The position numbers and the translations under genes are program-made. Source: a virus. Taken from it: 64,000 nt of DNA. The stretch is from IMG/VR virus record IMGVR_UViG_3300008107_000029, positions 32,833 through 96,832 of that record. One strand, given 5' to 3'. Of the stretch, positions 1 through 7,659 are shown one piece after another (the first letter of the stretch is position 1; each line of letters opens with the position of its first letter). The notes under the pieces were generated by a model. It was not told the DNA's origin. It worked only from the letters and a program-made list of their open reading frames with translations, and made no database searches.

Positions 1-1024
1 CCCTTGCGTGTGGTTTGGATTCGTTTAAACTTGCTATAGATACTGTATCATATTCGGAGTCTTCTTGCAAATCTGACAGGCTGTGAGATCCAGAATAAGA
101 ACACCCTGAGCCTAGGCCTAATCTAAATTTATTTAGACTATCTTCAACTGCCCCCTTGTATGGTACCTTAGTAGATATACCCTCAGAACCTGCAGAATAG
201 CCTCTCCAGGCCTCCTGAGCCTCACTTGAAGCCATCCCACGGAAAGACTTAAAGCCATCAATAATGTCTCCTGGAGCCTCGTCGTGTCCTGCCAAAGCAG
301 ATCCTAGCATAACTGCAGATGCCCCTGCTGCAAAAGACTTAACCATATCTCCTGAGTTCCTAATTCCACCATCTGCAATGATTCCCAGATTAGATACTGA
401 TTCATCATTAAAGCAATCTAAGATGGACTGTAGGGTTGGCCTTCCGTGCCCAGTTACAATCCTAGTAGTGCAGGCTGCACCACCACCAATTCCAACACGA
501 ACAGAGTCTGCACCCATCTGCAATAGCATCTTGTATCCTTCTGCTGTTGAAACATTGCCAGCCATAATGTGTGTAGCAGGATTTAAAACTGCTCTCAATT
601 TCTTTACGGCTTCTAGTGCATAATCACTGTGACCATTTGCTGTATCAACACATATTACTTTTGCTCCAGCCTCTTCTAATTCTAAGGCGTGTGACTCATA
701 GTATCCAGTAGCAGCAACTGCTGCACCAACTACAAATCCCATTTCGGAAACAAGTTTAACTTGTCTTACCTGCTCTACCTCATCCATATACCTATGGATT
801 ATACCTAGACCACCAAGCCTAGACATATGAGAAGCCATCTCCCATTCAGTAACAGTGTCCATAGGTGCAGAGATAATTGGAGTAGACAATGTGATCTGTG
901 CTTCTGGCCTAACTCCAATAGTCATAGATAGGTCTACGTCTGATCTACTTTTAACACCTGACTGTTGTGGCACCAAAAGAATATCATCAAAGCATAGTGC
1001 CTTAACGTTGTTATACTTTCTCAT
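1..1024 (-). CDS. guaB: IMP dehydrogenase / GMP reductase family protein (GuaB-like, no CBS domains); 3' end runs off the window
   Basis: Not in ORF track. Translated by hand from ATG at 1024: MRKYNNVKALCFDDILLVPQ...IISAPMDTVTE...DTANGHS...MAGNV...VRVGIGGGAACTTRIVTG...IIADGGIRNSGDMVK...FRGMAS...EG. No stop before base 1. Confidence 0.9.
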   Translation of the reverse strand, partial: MRKYNNVKALCFDDILLVPQQSGVKSRSDVDLSMTIGVRPEAQITLSTPIISAPMDTVTEWEMASHMSRLGGLGIIHRYMDEVEQVRQVKLVSEMGFVVGAAVAATGYYESHALELEEAGAKVICVDTANGHSDYALEAVKKLRAVLNPATHIMAGNVSTAEGYKMLLQMGADSVRVGIGGGAACTTRIVTGHGRPTLQSILDCFNDESVSNLGIIADGGIRNSGDMVKSFAAGASAVMLGSALAGHDEAPGDIIDGFKSFRGMASSEAQEAWRGYSAGSEGISTKVPYKGAVEDSLNKFRLGLGSGCSYSGSHSLSDLQEDSEYDTVSIASLNESKPHAR

Positions 1025-1219
1025 TTACTCGCCGTCTACTTCGTAAGGGAATCCTAAGTCTTCCAGTTCATTATATTCTTCAATAATTAACATCTCTTTA
1101 TAATAGATGCCATCTTTAATCCATTCAATGGTTGAAGCGTGAACGCCCTCACTAATTAGATTACCAACAACTTCTTCGTCTATGATCCAAACTGGTCTAG
1201 ATAGTTCAATGTCTTTCAT
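1025..1219 (-). CDS. hypothetical protein
   Basis: 64-aa ORF, ATGA overlap with upstream gene, stop abuts guaB start. Confidence 0.7.
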   Translation of the reverse strand: MKDIELSRPVWIIDEEVVGNLISEGVHASTIEWIKDGIYYKEMLIIEEYNELEDLGFPYEVDGE

Positions 1220-1473
1220 TTTTTACCCCTTGGTGGATCTCCTGCTTTGCCGTCAAAATGACACTTGACACCAAAACTTTCAATGATCTTTCTAAGCATC
1301 TGCATATACTCCATGAGGCCTACTTGTCGTTGTTCACTCATAGCCATAACCTGATTTTCATAAGTTCTAAGTCCTATGTAGTCTGGGTATTCAACAAAAT
1401 CTATCACCACGCCATAAGGTGGTTTTAAATCTCGAACAGCCTTTCGCATCTCTGGAGTGAACTTCGTAGCCAT
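1216..1473 (-). CDS. hypothetical protein
   Basis: 85-aa ORF tightly packed in the operon. Confidence 0.75.
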   Translation of the reverse strand: MATKFTPEMRKAVRDLKPPYGVVIDFVEYPDYIGLRTYENQVMAMSEQRQVGLMEYMQMLRKIIESFGVKCHFDGKAGDPPRGKK

Positions 1474-1476
1474 TTC

Positions 1477-1761
1477 TTATCCTATCTTCTCGATTATCTT
1501 ATTCCATGTCTCTGAAGTTTTATGGGCATTCTTCATATTATCTGGCTTTCCATCTGCCAAATAAACTCCACCCCAAACTCCCCAGGACATAGTGTTAGTT
1601 CCATATTCAAAGCACTGCTTTATAACAGGGCAGTTAATACAAATCTTATCTGTAGAGGCAGCAACTTCTTTGTCTTCCTCATATTTATCAAAGAATTCAT
1701 TTACTTCAAGGTCCTGACAAATTCCTCGAACTTGCCAATTAGTCTCTTCGAATAGATTCAT
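1477..1761 (-). CDS. whiB: WhiB family Fe-S transcription factor
   Basis: W...C-x-C..C PV..QC and GVWGG motif. Start placed at ATG 1761 (MNLFEETNW) rather than 1836. Confidence 0.92.
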   Translation of the reverse strand: MNLFEETNWQVRGICQDLEVNEFFDKYEEDKEVAASTDKICINCPVIKQCFEYGTNTMSWGVWGGVYLADGKPDNMKNAHKTSETWNKIIEKIG

Positions 1762-1954
1762 TAGGAAGGTTCCATCCGTCCTTTGTGGGGACATATCTAT
1801 TCGCAAAGCCCCATACGCCCTTGTAACGCATTCCATCTTTGCTAAACTCTGCAGCCTTGCTTCTCTTAAACTTTACAATTGTCCAGCCGTCCCAATGTAG
1901 GTCCTTAGACTTTGCAACGATTGCTTCTGCTTGTTCTAACTTGTTAATCTTCAT
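1739..1954 (-). CDS. hypothetical protein
   Basis: ORF track 1739..1972. ATG at 1954 has AAGGAG upstream and is the likelier start. Confidence 0.7.
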   Translation of the reverse strand: MKINKLEQAEAIVAKSKDLHWDGWTIVKFKRSKAAEFSKDGMRYKGVWGFANRYVPTKDGWNLPNESIRRD

Positions 1955-1968
1955 TTCTCTCCTTGTGA

Positions 1969-2331
1969 TCATTTATAGATCCTTGTAGGTATTTCCATAT
2001 TTTCAGCCTTACTCATAATAGGGTCAAAATACGGATTGTACTCTTTAGCACTAAAATATAATACCATTTCTACAGGACCTTTGTCAAGTTCATCTAGGAA
2101 GAGTTGTTTGGGCACACGATGATACTTTATTTTGATTTTCTTTTGCTTAAAGTAAGCCGAAGTCCTATTGCAATACTCTGCAGTAAAATCATTTAACATG
2201 TGAGGGCCACCACACCAGATGTCGATCCTGTTGTCCTCAGAATTCTTATACGTTTCAATGGCAACTGTCAGCCCACGCATAAAGTCTGCGTAACTGTTAA
2301 AGTCGTCGTGTGCGTATGCATAAATAATCAT
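1969..2331 (-). CDS. hypothetical protein, weak resemblance to SLOG/YspA-like fold
   Basis: 120-aa ORF; N-terminal strand then F.SY..F helix and GG motif; leaderless promoter directly upstream. Confidence 0.6.
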   Translation of the reverse strand: MIIYAYAHDDFNSYADFMRGLTVAIETYKNSEDNRIDIWCGGPHMLNDFTAEYCNRTSAYFKQKKIKIKYHRVPKQLFLDELDKGPVEMVLYFSAKEYNPYFDPIMSKAENMEIPTRIYK

Positions 2332-2337
2332 TGTCGT

Positions 2338-2343
2338 AGTATA
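2338..2343 (-). promoter_or_regulatory. -10 box (TATACT) of a leaderless promoter
   Basis: TATACT-6 nt-ATG(2331), no SD. Confidence 0.55.
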
Positions 2344-2345
2344 CC

Positions 2346-3047
2346 CTATCTATATTCTTTTCTATTCCACCATAGATTTTTATATCTATTGACGAAAGAT
2401 GTGTTGTGCTTATTAAGCATTGTTTGTTGATAACCTCTGCTTTCATCTACTGAGTACTCAGCAGTAAACGAATCTCTTTTAAATGGCACAACGTGACATA
2501 TTGGAGTTCCGTAAGGGATTACACCAGCGAAATCTTTTCTGATGTGAAAAGGAAAGTTAATGACTAAAGGAAATCTGTCAGTGTCTACAAACCCTGGAAT
2601 GATCTTAAATGGAAGATCTTCACGATGTGGTGGTTGAAAAAACATTGTACTGTAACCATCTGGGGTAGTAATTCTCCAAGGATTAATAAACTTTAAAACA
2701 GTATCTTCATAACCATACGGCACTGGATATCCAATTACCTGATCGTCTGTATGTCCCTCTACTGCTTTAGTGTCGTAATCCATAGACCAGGAAACATCTA
2801 CGTTACCATGCCCATCTCTTTTAACCAAGATGTCCGTCCATGTTTTTATTACATAGCCAGTAGACAATGAATCCAAAATAGGAACACATTTTTTCATAGT
2901 AGCGTTCATTCCATCAAACTTACCACCGATGTAAGTATCCATAGACTTATACCAATCTGGAAGGTTCTTATTGGCAGGCTCTGGTTTTGGTGCAGCCTCA
3001 GACAACAGTGGATCAATTAAAGAAAATTGTATTTTTTTACTTGACAT
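2346..3047 (-). CDS. conserved beta-rich phage protein (DUF6065-like / dUTPase-like fold, uncertain); paralog of 24456..25211
   Basis: P.PA...LPDWYK, KKCVPILD...GY, PW.ITTP.GYS..F..P, G.VDTD, GTP...V.PFKR motifs shared with 24456..25211. Confidence 0.65.
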   Translation of the reverse strand: MSSKKIQFSLIDPLLSEAAPKPEPANKNLPDWYKSMDTYIGGKFDGMNATMKKCVPILDSLSTGYVIKTWTDILVKRDGHGNVDVSWSMDYDTKAVEGHTDDQVIGYPVPYGYEDTVLKFINPWRITTPDGYSTMFFQPPHREDLPFKIIPGFVDTDRFPLVINFPFHIRKDFAGVIPYGTPICHVVPFKRDSFTAEYSVDESRGYQQTMLNKHNTSFVNRYKNLWWNRKEYR

Positions 3048-4308
3048 ACCTTTTATTCCAATGCAAAGAGTTTTCTTGTGTAGAAAATGAGTACATTGAA
3101 ATCATCGAGTTAATTAAATTAACAAGACTATTTTTTGACCTATGTGTCTTTGTCTTAAAGACTAGACCTTCCCAATCTATACCAAAGAAAGTATTAAAAT
3201 CAAAGATTAATTTTTCATCTTTTGAATCAATAAAAGAATCTACAATCTCTTTAATTTCTTTATAAGATTCGGTATCTTTAAAGTTTGAATCTTCATATAC
3301 CTTTGTTTCTTCCCAGTCAATGCCCGTCCTTGTAAGGAACAGCCTTGATCCATAGTGCTTATAGATGGGTGTCCATCTCATACTGTAGAAAGAAAAACCT
3401 TCTTTAAAAAACTTTAAAGTAGTTTTAAAGTTGTCTTCATGAATTGATAAAGTCTTTTCCGATGCTTTATTAATTCTATTAATATCTTTGGCTTTGCCAA
3501 ACAAAAAGTATAAAGATAAAGCATTTGTTTTTGCTATAACTTCATTCTCTTTAAACTTAAGTCCATAGTACAATGGGAATCCATTATCAAATAAAAAGTC
3601 TTTGTGCATTTGTAATTCATCATAGAATTCATCTAACTCTTCATCTTTTTGGATTCCTTCTGTGCTGTCTAGAAATCTAACCATAGTAGAGTTTTCCATA
3701 ATGCCAGAACTTGGATACCTTGCACCGTCATACTCTTCTCTTTGTAGAGTAGTCATTTCTTTATGATTCATGTAAAACTTAAAACCTTCTGTTTCGTTGT
3801 CATGTGGCAGATAGGCTCTTGGAAATGCAGTAAGCAAAACCTTTGAATCAAACTCAGCAAGTGACTGATATTGTTTAAGTAGAACAATGTCCCAGTCTGG
3901 ATCAAAACGCATATCAGATCCTATAGTCATGAAGTATGTTTCATTATTGTATTTAGAGTCTGTAAACATTCTTAGTTTGCCATAGGTATCATAGATATAG
4001 TTTTTTTCTTTGCCGTCCAAAGCAACATAAGAAGTAGGAACGTATGAAATTCTTAAATTTGGATGATTGATTGGTGGCTCTAGACCTATATAGTTTTGAA
4101 ATCCATGACCAACTATTCCTATAGTACAACTAACAAATAGGTTTCCTGGATCTCTTGCATTGTTATATAAACTTTCAATAGTGTCATAAACACCTTCGTT
4201 TTCTCCAATAATGCTTACAAAGATAGAAGAAGTTTTTCTTTCGTCAACTAAGTATTCAGGGTCAAAGTTTGTTCCCTCAAATGAGTTTGTTCTGGTTGCT
4301 ATGTTCAT
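3037..4308 (-). CDS. divergent GT60 (Skp1-hydroxyproline GlcNAc-transferase, Gnt1-like) glycosyltransferase
   Basis: SIFVSII...TIESLYNNA.DP.NLFV; YFMTIGSDMRFDPDWD (family pattern Y.LQIDSHMRF...WD); C-terminal ED...F.EGF.FY.....IY.HY. Confidence 0.7.
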   Translation of the reverse strand: MNIATRTNSFEGTNFDPEYLVDERKTSSIFVSIIGENEGVYDTIESLYNNARDPGNLFVSCTIGIVGHGFQNYIGLEPPINHPNLRISYVPTSYVALDGKEKNYIYDTYGKLRMFTDSKYNNETYFMTIGSDMRFDPDWDIVLLKQYQSLAEFDSKVLLTAFPRAYLPHDNETEGFKFYMNHKEMTTLQREEYDGARYPSSGIMENSTMVRFLDSTEGIQKDEELDEFYDELQMHKDFLFDNGFPLYYGLKFKENEVIAKTNALSLYFLFGKAKDINRINKASEKTLSIHEDNFKTTLKFFKEGFSFYSMRWTPIYKHYGSRLFLTRTGIDWEETKVYEDSNFKDTESYKEIKEIVDSFIDSKDEKLIFDFNTFFGIDWEGLVFKTKTHRSKNSLVNLINSMISMYSFSTQENSLHWNKRYVK

Positions 4309-4829
4309 TATCTAGTCTTTTCTTTGTAGTTAAAATACCAATGGTCTGGCTCTGCATAATGTAAGAAGAGCATTAATACTTTATTTCCTGGTGTAAAAGG
4401 TGGTCTGCCATGAAATTGATCTTCACCGTACATTGCAATAGCCTGATTGGCTTTAAGAACATAGTCTTTACCTTCAATAGTAACAGGCCAAGGTTCTTTT
4501 GAATACAGGCAAACGTCGTAACTATAGGTGCATGCATTGCTATCATAGTGAAATGGCAAAGACGATTTGTCGTTTTCGTATAGAGCAACGGTAGCATAAG
4601 TTGGTAGCAATGTCTCACTCCCAAAATCTTTTCTTGCTTTGTCAATGTTAGTTATGAGTATATTGGTTATATAAGGAGAATTATGAAACCATCTATTCAT
4701 ATTATCATTTGACCAAAGCCACTCTTGGTTAAAATTAAATGTATTAATCTTGTTTATAATAGAAGTATAATCTGATTGCTTGAAAAAATTATCAACAATC
4801 CAAGGATCTTTAACCTTACTGTTGACCAC
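4308..4829 (-). CDS. 2OG-Fe(II) oxygenase
   Basis: LPFHYD (HxD), CTYS, YGEDQFHGR (distal His), LFLHY. Confidence 0.85.
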   Translation of the reverse strand: MVNSKVKDPWIVDNFFKQSDYTSIINKINTFNFNQEWLWSNDNMNRWFHNSPYITNILITNIDKARKDFGSETLLPTYATVALYENDKSSLPFHYDSNACTYSYDVCLYSKEPWPVTIEGKDYVLKANQAIAMYGEDQFHGRPPFTPGNKVLMLFLHYAEPDHWYFNYKEKTR

Positions 4830-5481
4830 TGAACCTGTTTCCTTCCAATAAAAATTCAGTTCCAGGCTCTCCTAACCACGTTACAACAGCATATTTAGTT
4901 CCAGAAATTACTGGCTTTGCTTGATGTAGGTATGCATAGTCTGAAGGGAACAAAGCAATAGAAGGTGTTTGTGGATGAATATTTACATCGTGATGTACAA
5001 AATAGGTAGAACCGCCTTCATACTCACTTGGATTTAAATACATTACTGCTGAAAGAGTTCTGTATTCATGTCCTGGTCCTCTATCGCAATGTGCTTTGTA
5101 TTGTTTTCCTGGACCGTACTTTAAAAGTTGTAGGCCTTCGTCAAATGCAATATGTAAATCAAATGAGTCACAATAGTCTCTAACGCTTGCTCCAAGTCTG
5201 TCTCTAATTAATTCTGTTGCCGTTTGCATATCTTTTGCAGTCTTAGAAACAATGTCACAAGAGTCAATTGCCATCACTTGGTTTGACCTTACAGTACCAC
5301 CGTCGTGTCCCTGACCTACTTTTGCACCCTGAAAAGATACTTGACTTGTTACGTCTTGATCTATTGCTTCGTATGCTGCAATAATTTCTGCAGCCTGCTC
5401 TTTAGTAAAGATGTCATTGTATATTGCAATGGCTCCACCAAAAATATCCTTGGTTACTTCCTTTGGCATATCTTTAATCAT
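4816..5481 (-). CDS. prolyl 4-hydroxylase-like 2OG-Fe(II) oxygenase
   Basis: VRSN; QLLKYGPGKQYKAHCD; RTLSAVMYLN; EGG.TYF; HQAKPVISGTKYAVVTW. Confidence 0.92.
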   Translation of the reverse strand: MIKDMPKEVTKDIFGGAIAIYNDIFTKEQAAEIIAAYEAIDQDVTSQVSFQGAKVGQGHDGGTVRSNQVMAIDSCDIVSKTAKDMQTATELIRDRLGASVRDYCDSFDLHIAFDEGLQLLKYGPGKQYKAHCDRGPGHEYRTLSAVMYLNPSEYEGGSTYFVHHDVNIHPQTPSIALFPSDYAYLHQAKPVISGTKYAVVTWLGEPGTEFLLEGNRFSGQQ

Positions 5482-5490
5482 TTTATTCCC

Positions 5491-6102
5491 TTATCTCATA
5501 TAGGATAGGGAGATTGTCCCTATGCCTTTTTCTTTCTCGTACAACTCTGAATCAATATCTTTACCACCGTGAAAAGCAGTAAAGAGACTTAATCTATAAT
5601 GACTCAGGACTGGGTTGACTGAGTGCGTATACATAAAGTCTGCTGGTAATAATAATATTGTACCACCTTTAGGTTTGTATATCAAGTCTTCAAACTGATC
5701 AAATTTAATACTTCCACCCTCGTAATCGTCATTAAGAAAAACATAGCATGCTATCTTTCTTGTAAATGGAAGATAATCTATTTTATCATTGATAGAAGAA
5801 GATGCATTTAGGTTAATATTTTGAATTCCAGATCCTGGATTCATTACAAAAAATTGATACTTTTCTTGCCATTGTAGGGTATGAATAGACTCTTTGTATA
5901 AATCACAATAAGAAACCAAGCACTCTAGCACAGTCTTTTGAAGTTTTTCTAATTTGTAATTAATTTTTTTATCGGAGGATATGATTCTATTAGACTTTAA
6001 TTCAAGTGGAGCCAGTCCATCTTCACCAATAATTAAATCTTCAACGGGAAATTCTACAATTCCTGGGGCAAGAATGTTATACTTCAAATCTTGGTGCCTC
6101 AA
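5491..6102 (-). CDS. P4H-like 2OG-Fe(II) oxygenase fold protein lacking HxD
   Basis: RKIACYVFLNDDYEGG.I.F and YTHSVNPV...R present; HxD position reads NINLN. Confidence 0.75.
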   Translation of the reverse strand: MRHQDLKYNILAPGIVEFPVEDLIIGEDGLAPLELKSNRIISSDKKINYKLEKLQKTVLECLVSYCDLYKESIHTLQWQEKYQFFVMNPGSGIQNINLNASSSINDKIDYLPFTRKIACYVFLNDDYEGGSIKFDQFEDLIYKPKGGTILLLPADFMYTHSVNPVLSHYRLSLFTAFHGGKDIDSELYEKEKGIGTISLSYMR

Positions 6103-6586
6103 TTTCTGTGTCTTTGTTTTCTACAACAGTCTCTTTATAAACAATTAAAGATTTGTTATACAAGAATCCATTGCTATCATAAAGTTTAATGTAATATTCT
6201 CCAAAGGTTTTTGGAGTAAAACGAACTACAAACCTAATGTCTCCTTCTTTTTCTAAAGGATACTCCTCTACTATTTGAATATTTTTTGGATCATCCATAT
6301 CTACTAAATGAAGTTCAATTCTTAAATCTTCCATTTTTTCATAAATTAACCATTCATTTAAATAATAAAGTTCAATTTCTTCTCCTAAAGGAAATGTTTC
6401 TTTTTCTAAAAACACAGTGTTTGTTTCTGGAATGTATACAATTTGAGGCTCTGATGGGTCTTGAAGATATAAATCAATTAAATCAGATTTACCTATAACA
6501 ACTTGTGAGCATTCTGATTGCTGTGCTTTAAATAGAATATCCTCGTCAAGGGTTCGTCCTTCTGGAACGTAATAGATTAATTCCAT
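6077..6586 (-). CDS. hypothetical acidic protein
   Basis: 169-aa ORF overlapping the oxygenase start. Confidence 0.7.
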   Translation of the reverse strand: MELIYYVPEGRTLDEDILFKAQQSECSQVVIGKSDLIDLYLQDPSEPQIVYIPETNTVFLEKETFPLGEEIELYYLNEWLIYEKMEDLRIELHLVDMDDPKNIQIVEEYPLEKEGDIRFVVRFTPKTFGEYYIKLYDSNGFLYNKSLIVYKETVVENKDTEIEAPRFEV

Positions 6587-6588
6587 TA

Positions 6589-7659
6589 TTACACCAATAG
6601 TTCTTTGATAGTTCCTGCTTCATGCCCAGTAACATCAAGTGCTACGGATGAAGGTCTTACAAATTGAGAGACTAGGAGGATTACTCCACCACCTGTTTGG
6701 TATGCCATTGCAGATGAGTTGTAGTATCCAGTTGCATAAACTGTTCCAAATCCAACCATCTTTCTTGCAGAAACTACAACAACTCCACCACCTGGTTGAG
6801 TTCCGTTTCCTGCACCACCACGTAATGGCAGTGGGACTGTTAAAGATCCACCAAAAGCATATCCATTAATAGCATTCATTGGTAAGTTATAGTACTCAGG
6901 ACCACCGTTAGCAACCACTGGAAGGCTACTAGCATAGCCAAGACCATCTCCTCCTAGACTATTTGATACACTAACCTCAGACCCTCCTAGAAGTGATCCA
7001 ACACCACTAAAACCATTCTTAAGTCCAATACTTGTTGTGGCTTGGTTGGCAATTGCCGAACTAAAGGTAAGGATATTTCTTACAAACACCCTATACCCAT
7101 TAGTGTTTACGTGTACGCCTGGGGCAATAGTAAGATTACTATAATACATATCTCTAGTAAGATCTGTGTTTGCTGAGATTGTAACTGTTCCGTCTTTTCC
7201 AGATCCGTAAATTGAATCTGGAATGATATTAAAGTCGTATGTTGCTTGTGTCAGCCTGGTGATTGTTCTAATCTGATTGCCCTTTGCAGCATTAAGGCCG
7301 TCAAAGTAATAGTAGTTTACTGGTGTAGATGAGTTTGGCTGTATAGTTATTTTTCTAGCAGTTGCTGCGTTAAATCCAGAAGCATATGCTGCATAGTTTG
7401 CAACCAAAGTATTGTTTAAGAAATACTTAATTCCATATGCAGAACTCAAGGCACTTCCAGTGCTGTCTGCTACTGTTCCAATACATATTGGATGGCTTGC
7501 GTTGCTAGCATTGTCTTGGTTAATTGTATATGTATCTCCAACTGCCAATGTTAATACTGGGGCTGTAACTGAATTTAAAACATAGTTTGTTGAATAAGTA
7601 GTTGTCTGTGTAAAAGCAGATGATTCTTGACTAACTGATCCAAATTGCGTAATAGGCAT
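6589..7659 (-). CDS. glycine-rich virion fibre/adhesin-like protein
   Basis: IYGSGKDG.VTI...LTRDMYY.NLTI domain paralogous to 7659..9332; GGGVVVV polyglycine motifs. Confidence 0.7.
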   Translation of the reverse strand: MPITQFGSVSQESSAFTQTTTYSTNYVLNSVTAPVLTLAVGDTYTINQDNASNASHPICIGTVADSTGSALSSAYGIKYFLNNTLVANYAAYASGFNAATARKITIQPNSSTPVNYYYFDGLNAAKGNQIRTITRLTQATYDFNIIPDSIYGSGKDGTVTISANTDLTRDMYYSNLTIAPGVHVNTNGYRVFVRNILTFSSAIANQATTSIGLKNGFSGVGSLLGGSEVSVSNSLGGDGLGYASSLPVVANGGPEYYNLPMNAINGYAFGGSLTVPLPLRGGAGNGTQPGGGVVVVSARKMVGFGTVYATGYYNSSAMAYQTGGGVILLVSQFVRPSSVALDVTGHEAGTIKELLV

